Shown here: positions 1 to 11,543 of the stretch, piece by piece | Layout of the letters: each line of letters begins with the position of its first letter | Position numbering within the stretch: the first letter of the stretch is position 1 | Assembly: GCF_035084215.1 (NCBI RefSeq) | Contig: NC_090333.1 | Span: forward strand, 75,392,001-75,456,000 | Length of the DNA stretch: 64,000 nt | Origin: Heptranchias perlo | Taxonomy: Eukaryota | Direction of reading: 5' to 3' | Notes under the pieces: generated by a model | Told to the model about the DNA's origin: nothing | Databases searched by the model: none | What the model saw: only the letters and a program-made list of their open reading frames with translations | Made by a program: the position numbers and the translations under genes

Positions 1-601
1 TGTAGAATATACCAATTAACCTGATTGATCCCTTCTCACCCTTTGTCTCAATCCATATGGATTCTGTTTGTATCTTAATGTTACTTATGACCCTTTTTCT
101 ATTGCCATTATGTTGTCTCTAATTAGTACAGCTACCCCACCCCCTCACTTCTTCCTTTACTATCCTTTCTAAATACATTATATCCTGTAATATTTAACTG
201 CCAGTCCTGTTCGTTATGTAACTGTGTTTCAATTATCCCTACTACACATGGCTCCTCACTACGAATTATTGCCTCCAGTTCCCTTGTTTTGTTTCAGATG
301 CTGTACACATTGCTGTACAGGCAATTTAATTTGTTTTTAATAATTGTTCCCCTCGCTTTATTTTTAACAGTCATTTTGTACTCATGTTCTATAACTGTAT
401 TTGTTCCATGACCGTGTATGTTACCCTTGTCCCTTACCTTGGTCTGACCTTTACTTTCATCTCCTATTTCTTTTAACTTCAAACTTATGTTATCTTCCCC
501 AGATCCCTCCCCTATCTTAATTACTTTAAAGTTCTATCCACAGCCCATTTGTCCTTTCCACTAGAACACTGGTCCCATTCCAGTTCAGGTGGAGCCCGTC
601 C
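1..601 (-). mobile_element. Degenerate CR1-type LINE fragment: ORF1 esterase C-terminus and start of ORF2 endonuclease
   Basis: Minus strand ~541-601 reads DGLHLNWNGTSVL (SGNH-esterase ORF1 motif of CR1). From ~340 down to 1 it reads LNCLYSNVYSI*NK...WQLNITGYNVFRKD...VAVLIRDNI...ESIWIE...LIGIFY (APE endonuclease N-terminus) with a stop and a frameshift. Runs off the window start. Confidence 0.75.
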
Positions 602-1019
602 TATATTACTGGCAGTTCCCCCACAGTGTTGCTGATGGCGAGGAGGATACGCAGTTTTGTTACAGTAACTATATTTAACCATGTAAGGGATAACATCAGG
701 AACCCTGGCTTACAGTGAGTGAATAAATCAAATTCCATTTTTATTACATGATATTCTGGAATATATTCCTTTACCCATGTAATTAATTTTTATTCCTTAC
801 CATTTTAAAAGTTGACAATACACAGAAAGATGGTATGCAAGGAGTTGGTGTTACAGATCTGGTATTTAGCAGTACTGGGTAGGGGGAGTGGAGTTTAGCT
901 GCGCTGGGGGCTGTCCTGGGCTTTGGGAGCACTGAGTGATGGTCTTGGGGTTTGGTAAGACTGAGGAGGGGGCTGCTGGGGATCGGCAGCATGGATCCTT
1001 CTACCAACTTCTTTGGGTA

Positions 1020-1268
1020 ACTTCTCAACTCAGTGAATGGTGAGATTGTGGAACTCGCTACCACATGAAGAGGTTGAGGTGAACAGCATGGATACATTTA
1101 AGGGGAAGCTGGATAAGTACATGAGGGAGGAAGGAATAGAAGGTTATGCTGAAAGGGTGAGATGAAGTAGGGTGGGAGGAGGCTCGTGTGGAGCATAAAC
1201 ACCGGCACAGACTGGTTGGTCCAAATGGCCTTTTCCTGTGCTGTAAATTCTATGTAATTCTATGTAAT
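1020..1268 (+). mobile_element. CR1-type LINE 3' end fragment
   Basis: Encodes a degenerate ORF2 C-terminus (VRLWNSLP...FKGKLDKYM), followed by a 3' UTR ending ...ccaaatggccttttcctgtgctgtaa and a short (attctatgta)n tail typical of CR1. Confidence 0.8.
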
Positions 1269-3663
1269 CCTTTGGTCTGGCAACAGAAGGAAGTGGAACC
1301 TGGGGATTGGCAGAACTGGGAGGGGTGTAGTGTGGCTCACTGGTGTCAGAGAGTAGCGAGGGGAGGGGAGGACATGGGTCTGACAGCACTGGGTGGGGAT
1401 GATCCTATCCTTTTACTATGAACGGATGATGATTGGGCTTTTTACAGTAATATATAAAACCAAAGAAAAGATTAAACCAATTGGCATCTTTCCTTTTTTT
1501 TTTCGTTCATGGGATGTGGGCGTCGCTGGCGAGGCCGGCATTTATTGCCCATCCCTAATTGCCCTTGAGAGGGTGGTGATGAGCCACCTTCTTGAACCGC
1601 TGCAGTCCGTGTGGTGAAGGTTCTCCCACAGTGCTGTTAGGGAGTTCCAGGATTTTGACCCAGCGACGATGAAGGAACGGTGATATATTTCCAAGTCGGG
1701 ATGGTGTGTGACTTGGAGGGGAACGTGCAGGTGGTGTTGTTCCCATGTGCCTGCTGCCCTTGTCCTCCTAGGTGGTAGAGGTCGCGGGTTTGGGAGGTGC
1801 TGTCGAAGGAGCCTTGGCAAGTAGCTGCACTGCATCCTGTGGATGGTACACACAGTAGCCACAGTGCGCCAGTGGTGAAGGGAGTGAATGTTTAGGGTGG
1901 TGGATGGGGTGCCAATCAAGTGGGCTGCTTTGTCCTGGATGGTGTCGAGCTTCTTGAGTGTTGTTGGAGCTGCACTCATCCAGGCAAGTGGAGAGTATTC
2001 CATCACACTCCTGACTTGTGCCTTGTAGATGGTGGAAAGGCTTTGTGGAGTCAGGAGGTGAGTCACTTGCCGCAGAATACCCAGCCTCTGACCTGCTCTT
2101 GTAGCCACAGTATTTATGTGGCTGGTCCAGGTAAGTTTCTGGTCAATGGTGACTCCCAGGATGTTGATGGTGGGGAATTCGGCGATGGTAATGCCGTTGA
2201 ATGTCAAGGGGAGGTGGTTGGACTCTCTCTTGTTGGAGACGATCATTGCCTGGCACTTGTCTGGTGCGAATGTTACTTGCCACTTATCAGCCCAAGCCTG
2301 GATGTTGTCCAGGTCTTGCTGCATGCGGGCTCGGACTGCTTCATTATCTGAGGGGTTGCGAATGGAACTGAATACTGTGCAATCATCAGCGAACATCCCC
2401 ATTTCTGACCTTATGATGGAGGGAAGGTCATTGATAAAGCAGGTGAAGATGGTTGGGCCTAGGACACTGCCCTGAGGAACTCCTGCAGCAATGTCCTGGG
2501 GCTGAGATGATTGGCCTCCAACAACCACTACCATCGTCCTTTGTGCTAGGTATGACTCTAGCCACTGGAGAGTTTTCCCCCTGATTCCCATTGACTTCAA
2601 TTTAACTAGGGCTCCTTGGTGCCACACTCGGTCAAATGCTGCCTTGATGTCAAGGGCAGTCACTCTCACCTCACCTCTGGAATTCAGCTCTTTTGTCTAT
2701 GTTTGGTGCAAGGCTGTAATGAGGTCTGGAGCCGAATGGTCCTGGCGGAACCCAAACTGAGCATTGGTGAGCAGGTTATTGGTGAGTAAGTGCCGCTTGA
2801 TAGCACTGTCGACGACACCTTCCATCACTTTGCTGATGATCGAGAGTAGACTGATGGGGCGGTAATTGGCCGGATTGGATTTGTTCTGCTTTTTGTAGAC
2901 AGGACATACCTGGGCAATTTTCCACATTGTCGGGTGGATGTCAGTGTTGTAGCTGCACTGGAACAGTTTGGCGAGAGGCGCAGCTAGTTCTGGAGCACAA
3001 GTCTTCAGCACTACAGCTGGCATGTTGTCGGGGCCCATAGCCTTTGCTGTATCCAGTGCACTCAGCCGTTTCTTGATATCACGTGGAGTGAATCGAATTG
3101 GCTGAAGACTGGCTTCTGTGACGGTGGGGATATTGGGAGGAGGCCGAGATGGATCATCCACTCGGTACTTCTGGCTGAAGATGGTTGCAAACGCTTCAGC
3201 CTTGTCTTTTGCACTCACGTGCTGGACTCCGCCATCATTGAGGATGGGGATGTTTGCAGAGCCTCCTCCTCCCGTTAGTTGTTTAATTGTCCACCACCAT
3301 TCACGACTGGATGTGGCAGGACTGCAGAGCTTTGATCTGATCGTTAGTTGTGGAATCGCTTAGCTCTGTCTATAGCATGTTGCTTCTGCTGTTTAGCATG
3401 CATGTAGTCCTGAGTTGTAGCTTCACCAGGTTGGCACCTCATTTTTAGGTACGCCTGGTGCTGCTCCTGGCATGCTCTTCTACACTCCTCATTGAACCAC
3501 GGATGATCCCCTGGCTTATTGGTAATGGTAGAGTGAGGAATATGCCGGGCCATGGGGTTACAGATTGTGCTGGAATACAATTCTGCTGCTGTTGATGGCC
3601 CACAGCACCTCATGGATGCCCAGTTTTGAGCTGCTAGATCTGTTCTGAATCTATCCCATTTAG

Positions 3664-3882
3664 TCATGATGTGGAGATGCCGGTGATGGACTGGGGTTGA
3701 CAATTGTAAACAATTTTACAACACCAAGTTATAGTCCAGCAATTTTATTTTAAATTCACAAGCTTTCGGAGATTTCCTCCTTCCTCAGGCAAATGCCTGA
3801 GGAAGGAGGAAATCTCCGAAAGCTTGTGAATTTAAAATAAAATTGCTGGACTATAACTTGGTGTTGTAAAATTGTTTACAAT
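3664..3882. mobile_element. Short Penelope-like (PLE terminal-repeat-derived) insertion nested in the LINE, with 12-bp TSD
   Basis: TATCCCATTTAG occurs at 3652-3663 and 3883-3894, and the sister LINE has this site once, uninterrupted (~23696-23707, reverse complement). The insert is an inverted duplication carrying CTGAGGA...GAAA and AATAAA, which resembles PLE termini. The family call is inference. Confidence 0.75.
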
Positions 3883-3883
3883 T
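3702..3883. repeat. Perfect inverted repeat, 89-bp arms, 4-nt spacer
   Basis: 3702-3790 is the exact reverse complement of 3795-3883; the spacer is AAAT. Confidence 0.97.
3797..3826 (+). ncRNA. Minimal hammerhead-ribozyme-like core (mirrored on the - strand at ~3759-3788)
   Basis: CTGAGGA (CUGANGA box), A, stem GGAG-gaaat-CTCC, GAAA, then the palindromic AAGCTT. This layout resembles the minimal hammerheads of Penelope-like elements. Stem I and the cleavage triplet are not clearly intact. Confidence 0.45.
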
Positions 3884-5720
3884 ATCCCATTTAGCACAGT
3901 GGTAGTGCCACACAACATGTTGGATGGTATCCTCAGTGCGAAGACGGGACTTCATCTCCACGAGGACTGTGCGGTGGTTGCTCCTACCAATACTGTCATG
4001 GACAGATGCATTTGCGACAGGTAGATTGGTGAGGATGAGGTAAAGTAAGTTTTTCCCTCGTGTTGTTTCGCTCACCACCTGCCACAGGCCCAGTCTAGCA
4101 GCTATGTCCTTCAGGACTCGGCCAGCTCGCTCAGTAGTGGTGCTACCGAGCCACTCTTGGTGATGGACATTGAAGTCCCCCACCCAGAGTACATTCTGTG
4201 CTCTTGCTACCCTCAGTGCTTCCTCCAAGTGGTACTCAACATGGAGGACTGGTTCATCACCTGAGGGAGGGCGGTAGGTACTAATCAGCAGGATTACCTT
4301 TGCCCATGTTTGACCTGATGCCATGAGATTTCATGTGGGTCCTGAGTCAATGTTGAGGACTCTCAGGGCCACTCCCTCCTGACTGTATATCACTGTACCG
4401 CCACCTCTGGTGGGTCTGTCCTGCCGGTAGGACAGGACATACCCAGGGATGGTGATGGAAGACTCTGGCTGAAAGGTATGATTCTGTGAGTATGGCTCTG
4501 TCAGGCTGTTGCTTGACTAGTCTGTGGGACAGCTCTCCCAATTTTGGCACAAGTCCCCAGATGTTAGTGAGGAGGACTTTATCAAATATCACAGTAAAGA
4601 AGAGATTTATTTATGGAAATGTGGTACATGAAGGAAACAAATTTATTAACTACCTGCAATAGGTGAAGAAACCATGGTTTATTTACCATCAAAAAAAAAT
4701 TTGTTGTCTGGGACGATCCCTTACAAACTTTTTTCCAAATCCTTTCAGTGGTAATGCAGACCCCTCCTCCACTTCGACACTCCCATCTCTTACAATAACA
4801 TAACCTCTGGCTCACTGTGAGCAACACCATGGGAAATCGCCTGTTAATTTAATTAATCTGTTCTTAAATACAATATAAATCTTTGATAATACTTTTGCAA
4901 GTACGTGGGTAATTAAGGTGATTTTATCAGAGTGTTTTGTCTAAAAGATAGGATATGACTAGAAGTAATTTCATAAGCAACCCCGTTGAATACAACACAG
5001 ACGGTAGAAATCTTGCATTGATAAAACAAAATGTAACGTTAACAGCACAAACTTAAAAATAGATGTCATCATGCCTCCAGCTTCGAGGGTCTGTCCAGAA
5101 TTCCCTCTAGCAAATTCAATGGCAGCAGCCTATGAAAAATACTGTTTGTCAATGAACCGTATAAACATGCTCCCATCAACATCACTCAGCGAGGCAGAGT
5201 GAAAACATAACAAAGGGCAATATGAGCAGCAGGCTGTTAATCAGCTCATGAAATTCGACTTGCACCTCTTCTGACAGTGTGACCCAGATCTGAGCTCCCT
5301 CACCTTGTCTGACAGTGTGACCCAGATCTGAGCTCCCTCACCTTGTCTGACAGTGTGTCCCAGATCTGAGCTCCCTCACCTCTTCTGACAGTGTGACCCA
5401 GATCTGAGCTCCCTCACCTCTTCTGACAGTGTGTCCCAGATCTGAGCTCCCTCACCTCTTCTGACAGTGTGACCCAGATCTGAGCTTCCTCACCTCTTTC
5501 TGACTGTGTGTCCTTGATCTGAGCTCCCTCACCTCTTCTGACAGTGTGTCCTTGATCTGAGCTCCCTCACCTTGTCTGACAGTGTGACCCAGATCTGAGC
5601 TCCCTCACCTCTTCTGACAGTGTGACCCAGATCTGAGCTCCCTCACCTCTTCTGACAGTGTGACCCAGATCTGAGCTCCCTCACCTTGTCTGACAGTGTG
5701 ACCCAGATCTGAGCTCCCTC

Positions 5721-6693
5721 TGCATTAATGACTTGGATATGAATGTAAAAGGTATGATCAGTAAGTTCGCTGATGATACAAAAATTGGTAGGGTGGTAAA
5801 TAGCGAGGAGGATAGCCTCAGTCTGCAGGACGATATAGATGGGTTGGTCAGATGGGCGGAACAGTGGCAAATGGAATTTAACCCGGAAAAGTGCGAGGTG
5901 ATGCACTTTGGAGGGACTAACAAGGCAAGGGAATACACAATGAATGGGAGGACCCTAGGCAAGACAGAGGGTCAGAGGGATCTTGGTGTGCAAGTTCACA
6001 GATCCCTGAAGGCGGCGGAACAGGTAGATAAGGTGGTAAAGAAGGCATATGGGATACTTGCCTTTATTAGCCGAGGCATAGAATATAAGAGCAAGGAGGT
6101 TATGATGGAGCTGTATAAAACACTGGTTAGGCCACAGCTGGAGTACTGTGTGCAGTTCTGGTCGCCACACTACAGGAAGGATGTGATCGCTTTGGAGAGG
6201 GTGCAGAGGAGATTCACCAGGATGTTACCAGGGCTGGAGCGCTTCAGCTATGAAGAGAGACTGGGAAGATTGGGTTTGTTTTCCTTGGAACAGAGGAGGC
6301 TAAGGGGGGACATGATTGAGGTGTACAAAATTATGAGGGGCACAGATAGGATGGATACTAAGGAGCTTTTTCCCTTCGTTGAGGGTTCTATAACAAGGGG
6401 ACATAGATTCAAGGTAAAAGGCGGGAGGTTTAGAGGGGATTTGAGAAAGAACTTTTTCACCCAGAGGGTGGTTGGAGTCTGGAACTCACTGCCTGAAAGG
6501 GTTGTGGAGGCAGGAACCCTCACAACATTCAAGAAGCATTTGGATGAGCACTTGAAATGCCATAGCATACAAGGCTACGGACCAAATGCTGGAATATGGG
6601 ATTAGAGTAGACAGGGCTGATGGCCGGCGTGGACACGATGGGTCGAAGGGCCTCTCTTCGTGCTGTATAACTCTATGACTCTATCACTCTATG
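5721..6693 (+). mobile_element. 5'-truncated CR1 (HER1-like) LINE, copy 1, 973 bp
   Basis: ORF 5733-6605 gives the RT C-terminal part (KFADDTK, WQMEFNPEKC, LEYCVQFWSP, FFTQRVV..WNSLP); CR1 3' UTR with (ctctatga)n tail. Confidence 0.95.
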
Positions 6694-9600
6694 ACCTCGT
6701 CTGACAGTGTGACCCAGATCTGAGCTCCCTCACCTCTTCTGACAGTGTGACCCAGATCTGAGCTCCCTCACCTCTTCTGACAGTGTGACCCAGATCTGAG
6801 CTCCCTCACCTTGTCTGACAGTGTGACCCAGATCAGAGCTCCCTCACCTCTTCTGACAGTGTGACCCAGATCTGAGCTCCCTCACCTCGTCTGACAGTGT
6901 GACCCAGATCAGAGCTCCCTCACCTCTTCTGACAGTGTGACCCAGATCTGAGCTCCCTCACCTCTTCTGACAGTGTGACCCAGATCAGAGCTCCCTCACC
7001 TCTTCTGACAGTGTGACCCAGATCTGAGCTCCATCACCTCGTCTGACAGTGTGACCCAGATCTGAGCTCCATCACCTCTTCTGACAGTGTGTTCTCGATC
7101 TGAGCTCCCTCACCTCGTCTGACAGTGTGACCCAGATCTGAGCTCCCTCACCTCTTCTGACTGTGTGTCCCAGATCTGAGCTCCCTCACCTCGTCTGACA
7201 GTGTGACCCAGATCTCAGCACCCGCACCTCTTCTGACAGTGTGACCCAGATCTGAGCTCCCTCACCTCTTCTGACAGTGTGTCCTCGATCTGAACTCCCT
7301 CACCTCGTCTGACAGTGTGTCCTCGATCAGAACTCCCTCACCTCTTCTGACAGTGTGTCCCAGATCTGAGCTCCCTCAACTCTTCTGACAGTGTATCCCA
7401 GATCTGAGCTCCCTCACCTCTTCTGACAGTGTGACCCAGATCTGAACTCCCTCACCTCGTCTGACAGTGTGACCCAGATCTGAGCTCCCTCACCTCTTCT
7501 GACAGTGTGACCCAGATCTGAGCTCCCTCACCTCGTCTGACAGTGTGACCCAGATCTGAACTCCCTCACCTCGTCTGACAGTGTGACCCAGATCTGAGCT
7601 CCCTCACCTCTTCTGACAGTGTGACCCAGATCTGAACTCCCTCACCTCGTCTGACAGTGTGACCCAGATCTGAACTCCCTCACCTCGTCTGACAGTGTGA
7701 CCCAGATCTGAGCTCCCTCACCTCGTCTGACAGTGTGACCCAGATCTGAACTCCCTCACCTCTTCTGACAGTGTGTCCTTGATCTGAGCTCCATCATCTC
7801 TTCTGACAGTGTGACCCAGATCTGAGCTCCATCACCTCTTCTGACAGTGTGTCCCAGATCTGAGCTCCCTCACCTCTTCTGACAGTGTGACCCAGATCTG
7901 AGCTCCCTCACCTCTTCTGACAGTGTGACCCAGATCTGAACTCCCTCACCTCTTCTGACAGTGTGACCCAGATCTGAACTTCCTCACCTCTTCTGACAGT
8001 GTGACCCAGATCTGAGCTCCCTCACCTCTTCTGACAGTGTGACCCAGATCTGAGCTCCCTCACCTCTTCTGACAGTGTGACCCAGATCTGAGCTCCCTCA
8101 CCTTGTCTGACAGTGTGACCCAGATCTGAGCTCCCTCACCTCTTCTGACAGTGTGACCCAGATCTGAGCTCCCTCACCTCTTCTGACAGTGTGACCCAGA
8201 TCTGAGCTCCCTCACCTTGTCTGACAGTGTGACCCAGATCTGAGCTCCCTCACCTCTTCTGACAGTGTGTCCCAGATCTGAGCTCCCTCACCTTGTCTGA
8301 CAGTGTGACCCAGATCTGAGCTCCCTCACCTCTTCTGACAGTGTGTCCTTGATCTGAGCTCCCTCACCTCTTCTGACAGTGTGACCCAGATCTGAGCTCC
8401 CTCACCTCTTCTGACAGTGTGACCCAGATCTGAGCTCCCTCACCTCTTCTGACAGTGTGACCCAGATCTGAGCTCCCTCACCTCTTCTGACAGTGTGACC
8501 CAGATCTGAACTCCCTCACCTCTTCTGACAGTGTGACCCAGATCTGAACTTCCTCACCTCTTCTGACAGCGTGACCCAGATCTGAGCTCCCTCACCTCTT
8601 CTGACAGTGTGACCCAGATCTGAGCTCCCTCACCTCTTCTGACAGTGTGACCCAGATCTGAACTCCCTCACCTCTTCTGACAGTGTGACCCAGATCTGAA
8701 CTTCCTCACCTCTTCTGACAGTGTGACCCAGATCTGAGCTCCCTCACCTTGTCTGACAGTGTGTCCTTGATCTGAGCTCCCTCACCTCTTCTGACAGTGT
8801 GACCCAGATCTGAGCTCCCTCACCTCTTCTGACAGTGTGTCCTTGATCTGAGCTCCCTCACCTCTTCTGACAGTGTGACCCAGATCTGAACTCCCTCACC
8901 TCTTCTGACAGTGTGACCCAGATCTAAACTTCCTCACCTCTTCTGACAGTGTGTCCTTGATCTGAGCTCCCTCACCTCTTCTGACAGTGTGACCCAGATC
9001 TGAACTCCCTCACCTCTTCTGACAGTGTGACCCAGATCTAAACTTCCTCACCTCTTCTGACAGTGTGTCCTTGATCTGAGCTCCCTCACCTCTTCTGACA
9101 GTGTGACCCAGATCTGAACTCCCTCACCTCTTCTGACAGTGTGACCCAGATCTAAACTTCCTCACCTCTTCTGACAGTGTGTCCTTGATCTGAGCTCCCT
9201 CACCTCTTCTGACAGTGTGACCCAGATCTGAACTCCCTCACCTCTTCTGACAGTGTGACCCAGATCTAAACTTCCTCACCTCTTCTGACAGTGTGTCCCA
9301 GATCTGAGCTCCCTCACCTCTTCTGACAGTGTGACCCAGATCTGAGCTCCCTCACCTCTTCTGACAGTGTGACCCAGATCTGAGCTCCCTCACCTCTTCT
9401 GACAGTGTGTCCTTGATCTGAGCTCCCTCACCTCGTCTGACAGTGTGTCCTTGATCTGAGCTCCCTCACCTCTTCTGACAGTGTGACCCAGATCTGAGCT
9501 CCCTCACCTCTTCTGACAGTGTGTCCTTGATCTGAGCTCCCTCACCTCGTCTGACAGTGTGACCCAGATCTGAACTCCCTCACCTCTTCTGACAGTGTGA

Positions 9601-10570
9601 CCCAGATCTGAGCTCCCTCACCTTGTCTGACAGTGTGACCCAGATCTGAACTCCCTCACCTCTTCTGACAGTGTGACCCAGATCTGAGCTCCCTCACCTC
9701 TTCTGACAGTGTGACCCAGATCTGAACTTCCTCACCTCTTCTGACAGTGTGACCCAGATCTGAGCTCCCTCACCTCTTCTGACAGTGTGTCCCAGATCTG
9801 AACTCACTCACCTTGTCTGACAGTGTGACCCAGATCTGAGCTCCCTCAGCTTGTCTGACAGTGTGACCCAGATCTGAGCTCCCTCACCTCTTCTGACAGT
9901 GTGACCCAGATCTGAACTTCCTCACCTCTTCTGACAGTGTGACCCAGATCTCAGCTCCCTCACCTCTTCTGACAGTGTGACCCAGATCTGAGCTCCCTCA
10001 GCTTGTCTGACAGTGTGACCCAGATCTGAGCTCCCTCACCTCTTCTGACAGTGTGACCCAGATCTGAGCTCCCTCACCTCTTCTGACAGTGTGACCCAGA
10101 TCTGAACTTCCTCACCTCTTCTGACAGTGTGTCCCAGATCTGAGCTCCCTCACCTCTTCTGACAGTGTGACCCAGATCTGAGCTCCCTCACCTCTTCTGA
10201 CAGTGTGACCCAGATCTGAGCTCCCTCACCTCTTCTGACAGTGTGACCCAGATCTGAGCTCCCTCACCTCTTCTGGCAGTGTGACCCAGATCTGAGCTCC
10301 CTCACCTCGTCTGACAGTGTGACCCAGATCTGAGCTCCCTCACCTCTTCTGACAGTGTGACCCAGATCTGAGCTCCCTCACCTCTTCTGACAGTGTGTCC
10401 CAGATCTGAGCTCCCTCACCTCTTCTGACAGTGTGACCCAGATCTGAGCTTCCTCACCTCTTTCTGACTGTGTGTCCTTGATCTGAGCTCCCTCACCTCT
10501 TCTGACAGTGTGACCCAGATCTGAGCTCCCTCACCTTGTCTGACAGTGTGACCCAGATCTGAGCTCCCTC

Positions 10571-11543
10571 TGCATTAATGACTTGGATATGAATGTAAAA
10601 GGTATGATCAGTAAGTTCGCTGATGATACAAAAATTGGTAGGGTGGTAAATAGCGAGGAGGATAGCCTCAGTCTGCAGGACGATATAGATGGGTTGGTCA
10701 GATGGGCGGAACAGTGGCAAATGGAATTTAACCCGGAAAAGTGCGAGGTGATGCACTTTGGAGGGACTAACAAGGCAAGGGAATACACAATGAATGGGAG
10801 GACCCTAGGCAAGACAGAGGGTCAGAGGGATCTTGGTGTGCAAGTTCACAGATCCCTGAAGGCGGCGGAACAGGTAGATAAGGTGGTAAAGAAGGCATAT
10901 GGGATACTTGCCTTTATTAGCCGAGGCATAGAATATAAGAGCAAGGAGGTTATGATGGAGCTGTATAAAACACTGGTTAGGCCACAGCTGGAGTACTGTG
11001 TGCAGTTCTGGTCGCCACACTACAGGAAGGATGTGATCGCTTTGGAGAGGGTGCAGAGGAGATTCACCAGGATGTTACCAGGGCTGGAGCGCTTCAGCTA
11101 TGAAGAGAGACTGGGAAGATTGGGTTTGTTTTCCTTGGAGCAGAGGAGGCTGAGGGGGGACATGATTGAGGTGTACTAAATTATGAGGGGCACAGATAGG
11201 ATGGATACTAAGGAGCTTTTTCCCTTCGTTGAGGGTTCTATAACAAGGGGACATAGATTCAAGGTAAAAGGCGGGAGGTTTAGAGGGGATTTGAGAAAGA
11301 ACTTTTTCACCCAGAGGGTGGTTGGAGTCTGGAACTCACTGCCTGAAAGGGTTGTGGAGGCAGGAACCCTCACAACATTCAAGAAGCATTTGGATGAGCA
11401 CTTGAAATGCCATAGCATACAAGGCTACGGACCAAATGCTGGAATATGGGATTAGAGTAGACAGGGCTGATGGCCGGCGTGGACACGATGGGTCGAAGGG
11501 CCTCTCTCCGTGCTGTATAACTCTATGACTCTATGACTCTATG
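10571..11543 (+). mobile_element. 5'-truncated CR1 LINE, copy 2, 973 bp
   Basis: Same ends as copy 1; an A>T change at 11177 creates TAA. Confidence 0.95.

Larger units (their letters stand above)
1494..4580 (-). mobile_element. CR1/L2-group non-LTR retrotransposon, 5'-truncated, disrupted ORF2 (EN+RT)
   Basis: ORF pieces 3851-4324 (EN: YRPP, GDFNVHH), 2697-3218 (NYRPISLL) and 1542-2669 (RT: KAAFDRVWH, GVPQGSVLGP, FADD). Poly(A) tail appears as the T-run at 1494-1503. Closely similar to the + strand copy at 22925-25873. Confidence 0.95.

Noticed and set aside
1480-4600. TSD for the minus-strand LINE
   Set aside because: No convincing duplicated sequence at the two ends.
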